A DNA stretch of 63,650 nt, filler included, from Octopus bimaculoides (Eukaryota), in NCBI RefSeq assembly GCF_001194135.2. It is 7 parts of 5 records of this genome, joined end to end, with 100 filler letters (N's around TTAATTAATTAA, not from the genome) between each part and the next. Parts side by side here need not be neighbours in the genome. Positions count along the whole stretch, not along the records: positions 1 to 17,158 come from NC_068987.1; positions 17,259 to 26,465 come from NC_068990.1; 5 more parts are not named here. One strand, written 5' to 3'. A program made the position numbers and the translations under genes. Under the pieces are notes generated by a model. That model was given only the letters and a program-made list of their open reading frames with translations. It had not been told where the DNA came from and ran no database searches. Positions 12,981 to 24,811 of the stretch are shown piece by piece (positions within the stretch are counted from its first letter, which is position 1; each line of letters begins with the position of its first letter).

Positions 12981-14335
12981 ACTGAAACGCTTCGTCCAAT
13001 AAAATAGAGAATTCAAAATAAACACGAAATGTTTTTAAAGAAAATTCTATAAAAAAACTGTATCAATAGATGCCATGCCAGCATCAGCGATTCAGTCATA
13101 CTGGGAAGTAATATGGATATAGCTAAAAAAAATACAACAAAAATGCTGAATGGATTAATAGCGAAAAGGAATGGAAGAACAAAATAGAACCACAGAAATG
13201 ACCCACCGTCACAGGCCAAAATATCACGGGCACACTGAGGAGTACCAGCAACTAGAAAACACCGGGGATAGACAAGTTTTGGTTGAAACACCTCACCAAT
13301 ACCCATACTCACTTAGTGGCAGTATTCAATTTATTGATAGGTGAATCAGGATCAACATCAAATTGGATACTGGAAAGACAAACCACCCTAATTCCCCAAA
13401 ACATAGATACCGTACAATCACATAATTATGAACCAATAGACATGCCTATGAACATCGTACAAAGCCCTAACATCAGCCATCTGTAACCGGCTTATAAAGC
13501 ACCTGGTAAACAACAATGTTTTACCAGACGAATAAAGAGGGTGCCAGATAGAGATGTATGGCTGTAAGGAGCAACTTCTGGGCCATTTCAGAGGACTGTA
13601 AGAGGAGAAATACAAACCTGAACATGACTTGGATTGATTATCAGAAAGCATTCAACAATGTTCCACACTCGTGGATAATGGAAAGTGTAACTTAAATCAG
13701 GTAGCCCCCAACACAATCGACAAATAAATAAAAGTTAATCACCCAGACGTCATAATCAAAGGGGTAAAAAGCACTTGATTGCTGATAGAAATTGCAATCC
13801 CTTCTGATGAAAATATTATCCAAAAAGAAGCTGAGAAATTTTCAAAGTACAAAACATCGAAATTGGAGTATTCAAGATATGAGGTAATGAAGGTGAAAAC
13901 AATATCAATAATAATTGGAACATTGGGCATGGTAAAAAAAAACGTACGGACAAAAACGTAAAAGCTATAACTGGATCCTCAGCACTACACACTATCCAAA
14001 AATTAGCCCTGCTAGAAACAACCGATATGCTTCGCAAGACACTATCAATCCAATAATACAACCTAAACAAAACAACCCACAATTTGTACAGCAATTATCC
14101 AGTGAAATAAAATTTCACCAACGCATTACACACTCAATACACAATGCAAGCAGTAATACAAGAACAGACTGCACCACACCTCAAGAGAAGAAAAACTGAT
14201 GCAATATAATACCAGGAAGGGTTTTGCACACTCCCAACAACAGAAAAGAACACACAATGCAGCAACATGGAGATGCAGCAGGTAATGCAGTAGAAATTTG
14301 CCTAAATGTTGAACAACAACAACAATAGTAATAGA
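12981..14335 (+). mobile_element. R4/Dong-clade non-LTR retrotransposon, internally deleted and decayed (copy 1)
   Basis: RT N-terminal motifs (GCQIEMYGCKEQLL; NLNMTWIDYQKAFNNVPHSWIM) joined to a restriction-like endonuclease (PDVII...LIEIAIPSDENIIQKEAEKFSKY...IIIGTLG...TIQKLALL...MLRKTL); (AAC)n-rich tail. Confidence 0.85.
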
Positions 14336-16000
14336 AGTAAATGAAGTTGTTATATAATACCCTATTAAGTATATCACTGATTTAAATTCATTGATGTATG
14401 CCACTGTTTATGTCATCACAGAGAAGATGGGAAAGTTTAGACAAAAGAAATCACAAAGAAACAAAGAACCAATCTGGAAAAGGAGAATAATGCATCAATA
14501 GTTGGCGGAAGGATTTAACGAAAATCGAGGAAGTAAGGAGAGGAATTATGAGGCTTAATGAAAGAGAACAGAATTAGATGAATAAGAAATACCATATATA
14601 ACGGATATATTAAAACAAAAGATCAAAGCGAGTAGAGTTAAGATTAAGATGCGAGGAAGATTCTACAGATAAAACAAAATCAACTGTTTAGTACAAATCA
14701 GAAGCTGTTCTACAAGACACTGCAGGGAGGAAATAAGGAAGAAGCAGGGTCATCTGATCCCAAAGAATCAACTTCGTCTTGGACTAAGATTTGGTCAGAG
14801 GTGGCCGGGGGAGCAAGCAATTGTGACTTATTTGTTCAAAAATAGATGTTGAACACAAAGATGAAGGAGAAATGTTTTTTCTTAATATGAAGAGTTAAAA
14901 TGCTACGTAGGTCTAAACTAAATAGAGGGAACTTGATTGCAGGCATCAAAGTGTGGGCTGTAGGTGAGATGCATTACTACGGAAGAGTTGTGGAATGGAC
15001 AAAGGAAGAGCTTGTCAGGTAGGATAGAAACACAAGGGGATTAATGGCTACGTGTGGGTGAATTCCTACAGAAGCAACGTAGTAAGGCTGTATTTGCCTA
15101 GGAGGGAAGGTAGACGAGGACTGGTTGGAAGGGAGGATATTGATATGAAGGAAATTAAGTCTTTGCATGTCTACCTGAATAGTGATGAGAGAATGTTGCA
15201 GGTTGTGCCGACTGAGAAGGTGGCCAGTGTTAAACTTCCCGGGTATACAATTGTTGATGTTATAGAGAAAGGGTCATCAACTGGATAGAGAAAACACTAC
15301 AGGAAGAGATTCCCCCCCCCCCCAAAAAAAAACACAGGATAAAGCTGATGCAGAATTTTGGAGATGGTTAAGATAAGATTTATTTTAAAGAAGGAAACGG
15401 AAGGACTGTTTTAAAACAAGTACGAAACAACTCAGAAGACTTTGACATTGATAAGACAGCGGTATTGCATTTGTGCAGACACAATCATCTGAAACGTTTC
15501 GACATATAATGAGTGGATGTTTGAGACCTGCCCAAAAGGTACAAACATTGGCATGATAAAGTAGCTAAGTGAATTCAAGGGAGGTTGTGCAAGAAATATG
15601 GACTACAGTGTTCCAACGAAAGGTAAGGGCACCGATCTTTTCCAGTGGCAGAGAACGGTCAGGTGCAATCTAACTGACTAAATATCACTCGCGCATTATA
15701 CTTGTAGACGGGAATATTGTAATGGCAGAGGATCAGAAAGTTGGGAAGTACTATAACCTATGTTTGGAAGTGAACAAATTCTACTGAGACTCAAAAGAGA
15801 GTGTACTATCTATTGTGATCGGTGCACATGAGACCATCTGAAAGGGATCAAAATTCTGACATCAAAACCTGCATAAACCAAATTTCATAGTGATTATTAA
15901 GTTGGCAACATTACTTGGAATATTTCATGTGTTGAGGAAAGTGTTGCGCCTCTTAGCTTCAGGTTGTAGGTGACACGTGATATAGATAGATTAAGATAAG
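14336..16000 (+). mobile_element. R4/Dong-clade retrotransposon, decayed (copy 2, different subfamily)
   Basis: KEPIWKRRI; PDPKEST..W.KIWS; SKLNRGNLIAGIKVWAV...SNVVRLYLPRREGRRGL; KKETEGL; HIMSGC...HDKVA...LCKKYGL. Confidence 0.85.
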
Positions 16001-16002
16001 TT

Positions 16003-16005
16003 AAG

Positions 16006-16075
<70 letters not shown>

Positions 16076-16077
16076 TG

Positions 16078-16110
<33 letters not shown>
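16003..16110. repeat. (TAA)n microsatellite between R4/Dong copies 2 and 3
   Basis: Direct reading. Confidence 0.97.
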
Positions 16111-16113
<3 letters not shown>

Positions 16114-16995
16114 TGTGTTGAACTGTAATTTGAGCGAAATAAGGAAGATGGACAGGATGTAGATCAAGCAGATGTTGACCCATCAGTGGCTACGAAACTC
16201 AGGGCTAAAAGCAGAGAGTAAAGACTTTATCTTGGCTGCTCAAATCAGAGATTATTGACCCGGAACTATTAAGCCATTGTGATGAAAAATGGTGGACACC
16301 CAAAGAGCTGATCGTGCAACGATGCGATTGAAACACTGGATTACCTAATCTATGGGTGTAAGATGTTGGTACCCGTAGAGTACAAATCATGATATGACAG
16401 ACTTGACCAATATCTACAATGGATAATGTGTCGGCATTATTATAAAATCAAAACCGCTTATGAATGGTACAAGCATCACCGTGAGGCTGTAACTGAGGGA
16501 GAAAATGCAACTTTTCTTTGAGACTTCCCTGTAAACACAGACCGGACAATCAAAGCTAATAAACCAGATAATGTTGCGGAAGACCAAAACAATAAAGACT
16601 GTTTATTGATTGATATGAGCATACGCTGTGACCATAATATCTCGGCAAAAGAATTTGATAAGCTCGGAAAATATAGATTTGCTAATCGAAATCGAAAAGA
16701 TGTGGCATCTCAGAATGGCTGCATTACCAGTGATTGTAGGAGCACTTGGAATGAATAAAACACGAACTGTAAATTATTTAATGCAGGAAGTGCAAAATAT
16801 TGTTTCTGTGAATATCCTTTTCTTTTCCCACCTTTTCCTTCTCTCTCTGTCTTTCTTCCCCTTTTCTCTATCACGTGACTTTGTAAATGCACAATCTGAT
16901 GTGTTTATTTTAATGGCTTACTAATGTATGCAGCGCATTTCTCTGTCCTAAGTGTCAGGAAGACCATCGGCAAGAAAAGGAAACAGAATTGAAAA
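16111..16995 (+). mobile_element. R4/Dong-clade retrotransposon 3' fragment (copy 3)
   Basis: THQWLRNSGLKAES..FILAAQ; EWYKHH..VTEGENAT..DFPVNTDRTIKANKPD...LLIDMSI...KEFDKLGKY.DLLIEIEKMWHL...PVIVGALG. Confidence 0.88.
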
Positions 16996-17027
16996 CAATA
17001 ATAATAATAATGATAATAATAATAATG

Positions 17028-17061
<34 letters not shown>

Positions 17062-17116
17062 TGATAATAATAATGATAATAATAATAATAATAATATTAA
17101 TAATAATAATAATAAT

Positions 17117-17158
<42 letters not shown>
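16996..17158. repeat. (TAA)n microsatellite
   Basis: Direct reading. Confidence 0.97.
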
Positions 17159-17259
17159 NNNNNNNNNNNNNNNNNNNNNNNNNNNNNNNNNNNNNNNNNN
17201 NNTTAATTAATTAANNNNNNNNNNNNNNNNNNNNNNNNNNNNNNNNNNNNNNNNNNNNC

Positions 17260-17536
17260 ACCGTTTGTTATCTCCCCCTTTCTTAGCTCTCCTGAAATAA
17301 GAATTTCTAACTTCCGGTCAGCCATTGTTATGATCGGCCATTATTATGATTGACCGTTGACTGAACACTATTCAATTTTTTTTCTCCGTGTTTTTCTCCT
17401 TGTCTCCGTATTCTTTCTGTTGAAGAGCGTAGCTCGAAACGTCAAAGACTTTCCGTATTCCCGAGCGTCATACTAATATATACTTTTGTTATTTACACCA
17501 CCTGTCCTCGTCTGTTGTTATTATTTGTATATTCTC

Positions 17537-17570
<34 letters not shown>
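17260..17570 (+). mobile_element. Penelope-like pLTR fragment (family P2) ending in (TA)n
   Basis: Near-identical blocks shared with 32215-32490 (ttcttagctctcctg; ctgttgaagagcgtagctcgaaacgt; tttacaccacctgtcctcgtctgttgtt; attctcccatata). Confidence 0.65.
17412..17448 (+). ncRNA. Hammerhead-like fold with non-canonical core
   Basis: TCTTT-CTGTTGAA-GAGC-gta-GCTC-GAAA-CG-TC|AAAGA: stems I, II and III intact, core CUGUUGAA instead of CUGANGA. Confidence 0.5.
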
Positions 17571-18090
17571 TAAACTTTACCTTTAAAGCTGATTATAATT
17601 CTACCATTAAAACCACTTAAGAATGGAAGCTTTCAATCACTTTTCAAGATTTTTGTTCTTACTTGCTACTTATCAGACTCAGATCTGCATCTAATTTTAT
17701 CCTCAGCATAATCATATTTGTTGTGTGAAAACACACACACAAAACAAAAAGAGAAAAAATAAATATAAAAGCTTTCAACTTTAACACACTACTAATCCCA
17801 TTTAAGTCACCCATTCGCCTGACATTACAGAATAGATCAACTAAAACTAATAAAGAGAAAGGGAAAAAAAACATGATTTTCTTGAAAGTGAATTGAATTT
17901 TCCAACAATTAAAGCAGCTTGTGTCAGTCCTAATCTCTAGATTTATAGAGTGTCGGGTTACAAGACAAGATTTACACCTGTATGGAGATTAGGTCTATCA
18001 CAGGTTAACTCAAATTACAGACAGGTTTTTAACACGGTATAATCTTTTGAGGTTGAAAAGACTAACACTGAGTTGTAGCCCCATGAATAT

Positions 18091-18414
18091 TGGCATTCCA
18101 TCAGTGAGGACAATGAGGGTTCCAGTTGATCCGATCAGCGGAACAGCCTATTTGTGCAATTAACAAGCAAGTGGCTGAGCACTCCACAGACAAGTGTACC
18201 CCTTCACATACTTCTCAGGGAGATTTAACATGACACAGAATGTGACAAGGTGAGCCCTTTGAAACACAGGTACAACTCATTTTTGCCAGCTGAGTGGAGT
18301 GGAGCAACGTGAAATAAAGTGTCTTGCTCAAGGACACAATGAGCCACTGGGAATTGAACTCATGGTCTTATGAATGTGAGCTGAATACTCTGACCACTAA
18401 GTCATGTGCCTTCA
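18091..18414 (-). mobile_element. tRNA-derived SINE family A (head type 2)
   Basis: Shares the 3' domain (gtggctgagcactccacagac; ttccagttgatccgatc) with 27609-27990; Pol III A/B-box-like head. Confidence 0.85.
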
Positions 18415-18699
18415 TGAATAAGGAGAGAAGAAGAACACTGACCCAATAAATAATAACCATGTTGCTTATCTGTAACAAAACTCTTGTTCTCAAATTAAAA
18501 ATTCTTTTTTCTCCTCATAACTACATCAGAATGCATTGTTTATGGAGATCAGGGGGGGGGGCATTGAAAAAAATGGAGTGATAATGGGGTGGCCAAAAGG
18601 GAGGGCAATGGATGTAAAAAAAAAGATAACAGGTTATAACTAGCTTAAGTAGTTAAGTTTTATTTGCAAAATACGGTTGTTTTGAGTTTGCTGCTGAAA

Positions 18700-18800
18700 G
18701 TCGTTGGTGTTTATGGTGGTGAGTGGAGTGGGTGGGGCACTAGGAATGTGGCCTGGGTGCCAAGTGGGTGGCAGTCCGTAAAAGTTTGGGAACCACCGAT
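18700..18800 (-). mobile_element. hAT-type non-autonomous terminal fragment
   Basis: Minus strand begins CGGTGGTTCCCAAACTTTT, similar to the common CAGTGGTTCCCAAAC hAT TIR; partner end not found. Confidence 0.35.
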
Positions 18801-18889
18801 GTAGATGTTCCAGGCGGCAATAAGTTTCCATTTAGTCATTTAATGATGCTCAATGTCATCAGTCTACAAATCTCCCACAAGAAAACAAC

Positions 18890-19085
18890 TTATCATCATC
18901 AATTTGATGTCTACTGCCCAACATTTGTTTGGGTTAAATGAGATTCCCTGAGGCAGATTTTTTCCATGGTTGGATGCTCTTCTTGTTGCTTGCCAACCCT
19001 TGCCTGCTTCCAAGAATGGTAGAATTTTACCTCAGTCCAGACACGATTTCATAGAAGACTGCAAAACAAATGACATTACTGTCAC
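18890..19085 (-). mobile_element. Interspersed repeat family D (SINE/LINE tail with (ATG)n end)
   Basis: Homologous to 22120-22350, 25985-26125, 20930-21075, 21150-21295 and 62700-62830. Confidence 0.55.
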
Positions 19086-19095
19086 ACACACACAC

Positions 19096-19388
19096 TGGAA
19101 CTCCTTTGATTGGAAGGATGACAAGGGTTCCAGTTGATAAGATCAACAGAACAGCCTCCTTGTGAAATTAATGTGGAAGTGGCTGAGCATTCCACAGACA
19201 CACCTACCCTTAAGATAGTTCTCAGGGAGATTCAACATGACACAGAATGTGATAAGGTTGACCCTTTTGAGATACAAATGCAACTCATTTTGAAATAAAG
19301 TGTCTTGCTTAAGGGACACAGCTGGGAAGCAAACTCACGGCTTTATGACTGTGAATCATATACCCTAACCACTAAGCCATGCACCTTC
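19096..19388 (-). mobile_element. SINE family A (head type 2)
   Basis: Aligns with 18091-18414. Confidence 0.85.
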
Positions 19389-19917
19389 TCACACACAAAA
19401 ACAAGCTTCAAAGTGTGGTGCTCCAGCATGACCACAGTACAATGACTAAACCAAATGAAAAATAGAAGATGCAAAGTGAAAGAATTTGTATGTGACAATC
19501 CAATCTTGAAAATCCCACTTTCACAATTTTTACAAATAATATACAGTAGTCTATGTACGAGTATATATATACTACATAATGTTGTGGTGATTACTTACTT
19601 CGTTATCAAAAATAGGGTTGGATTCATTATATCCAGAGTATAAATCATCTTCATCTTCACCAGCTAAATGAATTTGATCCAGGATGCCAAGACGATTATA
19701 ATTAGACATTAGGGGCTGAAATAGCAAACAAAACAGATTCAGTTGTAGGAAAAAAGGGCAATAAGACAAAAATAATTGTTCACTGAGAAACATTCTGGGT
19801 TCAATATCATGCTTACATATAAATATATATGTAATCCTTCTTAAAATAACAATTGGGCATTTATTCATGATGTGACATTTAGTTGTTAAAGATTGTTGCA
19901 CCAAAGAAGTAATGACC

Positions 19918-20050
19918 TTTAACATTTTAGCATTCAAACCGACCATATCTGGCCAAATTACTCCACTTGTTTTATGTTCAAACTGGCCAGGTCTGGCCTC
20001 TCCCATCTATCCTATAATGTCATTCTAAAAATAAACAGTCACATCATCAA
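19918..20050 (+). mobile_element. Possible piggyBac-type MITE end fragment
   Basis: ttaacattttagcattcaaaccgaccatatctggcc resembles a TTAA-CCCTTTAGCATT terminus recalled from memory; second end not seen. Confidence 0.3.
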
Positions 20051-20564
20051 CATTCTGCCTCAGCCATTCCCCTGTGACCTATGACTGTTTGGAAGCACTC
20101 CACTTCCTGTCTGTGAAAACTACAATGCCAGTTCCTGCTACTTTTGTGTCAGTGGAATCTCTGTACTTCATGGCTTCTCTAGTTCTTGATTCTAATTAGA
20201 TTTTAAATTCTTGTTTGATTCACTTGTCTGTGGAACAGCAGCATAGTCGAGATGATATGTTTTCTTCTCTTACTCTTGTTTTTTGCAAACATCCTCAAAA
20301 TGACTTTCTAAAATGAAATTCCATTATGCAGCTGAGGAGTACATTTTCATTGTACATTCTGTGGTGTTCTCACCACATGAATAAATGGAGCTTGTACGAA
20401 ACGTACGTACTGCTATAACCTATTGAATTTTTGTTGCTTATCTTCAAATTTTTATTCACCAAATCTCTTGATTTTGTTTTTGGTTTTTATCCTACCAAAT
20501 TCTGGTGCCTCAAACATTTTAAGTACCACATTTAATCTTTTGATTAAATCTATATTATATATAT

Positions 20565-20728
20565 ATACGACAGGCTTGTTTCAGTTTTCATCTACCAAAT
20601 CCACTCACAAAGCTTTGGTTGGCCCAAGGCTATAGTAGGAGACACTTGCCCAAGGTGTCACGCAGTGGAACTGAACCCGGAACCATGTGGTTGGTAAGCA
20701 AGCTACTTACCACACAGCCATCTCATGC
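20565..20728 (-). mobile_element. SINE family B, 5' half
   Basis: Reverse complement of ggctgtgtggtaagtagcttgcttaccaaccacatggttccgggttcag...gggcaagtgtc. Confidence 0.9.
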
Positions 20729-20929
20729 ACATAGATGTGTGACCATCAGATGCATGGCTCATCCACGAAAGTCAGCAGCACCGTTGGCTTGTCACTGTTG
20801 TCGGCACCCTTGGTGGCACCGCACACCATAAAAATTGGGTGGCCTGGGTTGCATATACATATGTAAATATATATATATATGAGATAGATAGATACATACA
20901 TAAAGATAGAGAGAGAGAGAGGCAGAGAA

Positions 20930-21295
20930 AGACACAAAGAGAGATGTGTATGTATGTATTACCTTTTCTTGATATTGCATGATAGTTGTAAACGAATGTC
21001 ACTGTCATAGAAGCAGTGTCATTCATTTCCTATGCTCTGCAAAAACATGTCTGGCCATGGGTAAACGTTATGTCTGCATTTGTACAAATACTGTTCAGCT
21101 GCAAGTGATGGTGGTGTCATTTTTCATACCAACAAATTGTGCCTCTGCGGGTATGTAGAATAAGAGATCCCTTACTTGAAAAACCGGTAAGGGTTGACAA
21201 CAAGAAAGACATCCATTGTAAAACAATGTCTCAATAATATATCCACCTAACTCATGCTAGTTTGAGAAAAATGGCTGCAAAAATGAAAGAATGAA
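20930..21295 (+). mobile_element. Family D repeat fragments
   Basis: Opposite-strand homologs of 22120-22350 and 25985-26125. Confidence 0.45.
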
Positions 21296-21492
21296 CAATA
21301 TGACACTCAATTATCTTAGATTTGGCAGTACTGGTAAGATTATACTTAGCTGAGAAGGCCTAATAAGACTGAATGATGTCCAGATTTATCTCCCTTACTT
21401 CAAAAGATGAGACTTATTCCCCATTACATTCTATCTTAATTTTAATAAATGTGTCACAGTAGCTTTTACTGCCTTTCTTGGCCAGGATTAAC

Positions 21493-21794
21493 TGGCACTC
21501 GGTCAGTTAAGATCTGATCAATGGAACAGCCTTCTTGTGAAATTAATGTGTAAGCAGCTGAGCACTCCACAGACAAGCGTAACCTTAAAGAAGTTCTCAG
21601 AGAGATTCAGAATGACACAGAGTGTGACATGGCTGGCTCTTTGTAATCCAAGTACAACTAACTTTCGTGAGCTGACTGGACTAGAACAACATGAAATGTG
21701 TCTTGTTTGAGGACTCAATACCCTATCAGGAATCGAACTCATGACGTTATGGTCATGAGCCAAACACCCAAACCACTAAGCCATGCACCTTCAC
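21493..21794 (-). mobile_element. SINE family A (head type 2)
   Basis: Aligns with 18091-18414. Confidence 0.8.
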
Positions 21795-22119
21795 ACTGGC
21801 CTGAATTAAGCCAATGGTTTATTTCTCCTCATTTCACATGTGACTTCAATGAAAATCTCAACACTTTAAATCAAGTATGCCAACATCCCCTGCATTATAT
21901 AATGAAGAGTTTCATAGACTGTCGTTTGCACTGAGGTACTAATTTACATCAAGGTGAACTGGGAGAAGAGCTTGGTCAATAGCTAAATGGACACAACTGT
22001 AATATTCTTTGGATTTTCTGTAAACGAAATATTTATTCAAATCTTCATGTGTTTTAAATTCTATAACAGACACCAAAGAATTATATGTTCAAGAACAAAT
22101 TCCTACTTGTAGGCTCCAA

Positions 22120-22350
22120 ATCATCATCATTTTAACATCCATTTTTGTATACTTGCATGGGTCAAACGTTGCTTATTGAGGCAGATTTTCTAAGACCAGA
22201 TATCCTTCCTGTCACCAACGCCCACCAGTTTCCAAGCATGATAATATTCACCCCATGGCTGGACATGTTCTTCACAAAAGAAGGCAAATAAACAGTCATT
22301 TGTATGGCAATGATGCTCATTTAAAAGCATCACATGACATCAAGCAAAGA
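22120..22350 (-). mobile_element. Family D repeat
   Basis: gaggcagatttt...ccttcctgt...ttccaagc...ccccatggc.gga.catg shared with other family D copies. Confidence 0.55.
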
Positions 22351-22379
22351 GACACTAACATGTACACTCGCTCACACAC

Positions 22380-22546
22380 ACACAATAAGCATCTTTAAGT
22401 TTCTGCCAACCAAATTCACGTCCAAGGCTTTGGTCAGTGGAGAGCAATAGCAGAAGACACCAGTTCAAGTTACACTGCAGTGGGACTGAATCCAGAATCA
22501 TGGGGTTGGTGAGCAAACTCCTTACCATACAAGCATGCCTGCGTCT
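22380..22546 (-). mobile_element. SINE family B, old 5' half
   Basis: Degenerate match to the family B head. Confidence 0.7.
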
Positions 22547-23039
22547 CTAAATATCAATAGAAATTGATACTAAGATATTTGAGTCAATCACTTATGAATA
22601 GTTGAAAATATTCAGAGACTTTCCAATATTTACTGTCTGATCATTATGACATTATGACCTTAGATATCTGTGAAATCATTAAATTTGTCATCACCAAAAG
22701 CTAGCTATGTCTATCACTTGTATTCATATCTTCTCGATTAATAAGTCAAAGAGAACACTGGCATAATTCTCCTTTTCTTTGAAACAACTTCTCAAATATC
22801 TGAACTGAAATTACAGACAAAAATAAAGAAGAAAAGGTTAATTATTAAATTAATTGTTGTTTATTGTTAACCTGGCCCTGATTAAGGTTGGAAAAAAATG
22901 TTTGGAGCCTACAAAAATGATTGGTCTAGACTACAACCTGAAAGGTTAAATTCCATTAAAGTAATCAAGTATAGTCTGCTCTCTCGGTAGATAGGATAGG
23001 TATACTGTTCAGTAGTTTAATGGTCTTGCTATCCCACTG

Positions 23040-23345
23040 CCCTAAACTGGTACTTTATTAACCCCAGATAGTTGAAAGACAAAGTTGACCTCAAGTGTTA
23101 TCCTATAGTCTAACACCTCTCCTAGACTACAGCAGGATTTGAACTTAGAATACAAAGTTGAACAAGTATAACAAAGCAACCTATTTTGGTACTCTAATGA
23201 TTCTGCCAGTCCACCATCTTAAACTGGCACTTTATTTATCAACCTTGAAAGGGTGAAAGACAAAGTCGACCATGGTGGTATCCAAATTCGGAATGTAAAA
23301 GCCCAAAATTGCACAAAGTGTTTCATCCAACGCTTTAATACTTCA
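23040..23345 (-). mobile_element. Two degraded SINE family C fragments in tandem
   Basis: actggtactttatt...gaaagacaaagttgacc present twice. Confidence 0.65.
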
Positions 23346-23664
23346 ATCAATTAAACAATTCTCTGTTTAAAAGTCAATATTCATCATTTTTATATTTACT
23401 TTCTCTGGAGGCAAGAGTTGGATGAGTTCTCAAGGCTTAAATCATTCCATAGAAAGGTGCTTGTGTGTGTCATTTTGCTTGGTCTCTCTGTGTTTTGATA
23501 TCCTGCCCAGTACTCCTAATAAACTGCTTCTCTCATTATGTAAGAAATTAGTAATCAACAAAACAGTACCATTTACTCAGAAAGAAAGAATAGGTACACA
23601 AGGTGCAGCAAGATTTTTGGTACACGAAAACATTCACTTATGAGGTAGCAAATGTACAGAACAA

Positions 23665-24008
23665 CTGTGTAACAACTTGGGCAAGTGTCTTCTACTACAT
23701 CTTTGGGCCAACCAAAGCCTTAAGAGTGGATTTCGTAGATGGTAACTGAAAGAAACCCGTCGTATGTATACATATATATTTATGTGTGTGTCTTTGTGTC
23801 TGTGTTTGTCTCCCCACCATCGCTCGACAACCGATGTTGCTGTGTTTATGTTCCTGTAATTTAGCGGTTCGGCAAAGGAGACCGATAGAATAAGTATGAG
23901 ACTTACAAAGAATAAGTCCTAAGGTCGATTTCTTAGTCTAAAACTCTTTAAGGCCGTGCTCCAACATGGCCGCAATCAAATGACTTAAACGTGTAAAAGA
24001 ATAAAAGA
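23665..24008 (+). mobile_element. SINE family B
   Basis: ttgggcaagtgtcttctacta...gagaccgatagaataagta...ccaacatggccgcaatcaaatgact. Confidence 0.9.
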
Positions 24009-24294
24009 AATATCTTATGGGAAAGTGGATGAATTTTCTTACATCTGTTCGAGGTGGCCCGCAACCCTTACTTCTGATCTTTACATTCATATGTTCGCCA
24101 ACGTAACTTTTAGAATGGGTTTCACTTAACACAGTGAATTATCACAATTTCTTTATATTTCCTTTTCTCTTATAATCTTTGCATTTCTTTTTTCTTTTTT
24201 TCTTCTTCACCTTATGTATAGAACCTAAACACATTACGTGGAAGTGAGAGTGATCGAAACCTGGTGTCCAGGATCCGAATCTCCGAAGCAACAA

Positions 24295-24428
24295 AATGCA
24301 TAAAGGATTTAAATAGCCGTTCTAAAATTGACCATGGTGGGATTTTAAATTAGAATGCAAAGGGCCGGATATGAATACTGCAAGGCACACTGTCCGACAC
24401 CTTAACAATTCTGACAACACACCGCTTT
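24295..24428 (-). mobile_element. SINE family C, degraded head
   Basis: Similar to 27230-27325. Confidence 0.55.
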
Positions 24429-24499
24429 TTTACTTCCAAGTGTTTACACACACATGCACACACATATAGCATGGATAGTTCTTCACAACCCTACCTATC

Positions 24500-24811
24500 C
24501 TTCCTCTCTGTCTCGCGCGCGCGCGCGTGGATAATCAATCGTCCGCCACGTTTGACGCTACTCGTGTCCTTGGTAACAACAACAAACAGTTGACAGTATT
24601 TGGAAATAGTTGAGAATAAGAAGTGTAATATACGACCAAAGACTTTATTAATAATAAAATAGACAGAGACTTTGTTATGTTGTCGGATTATTGTAAAAAG
24701 TGCATTTCTTCGTAAATAAATGAACTTTGAAACTATAATTTAGTGGAGATACTAAACGTTTCCAAAGCGAAACAACATACACTTTAAGCGCGTGCTTCGA
24801 GGTAGGTAAGT
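24500..24811 (+). promoter_or_regulatory. CpG-rich candidate promoter and first exon with an X-box-like site and a strong splice donor
   Basis: (CG)7 near 24514-24527; GTGTCCTTGGTAAC at 24564-24577; donors GAG|GTAGGT (24802) and TAG|GTAAGT (24806). Confidence 0.3.

Noticed and set aside
17203-17214. TTAATTAATTAA islands inside N runs (also 26510, 33438, 37903, 54454, 62538)
   Set aside because: An identical 12-mer with stops in all six frames, centred in gaps, is a scaffolding linker rather than biology.
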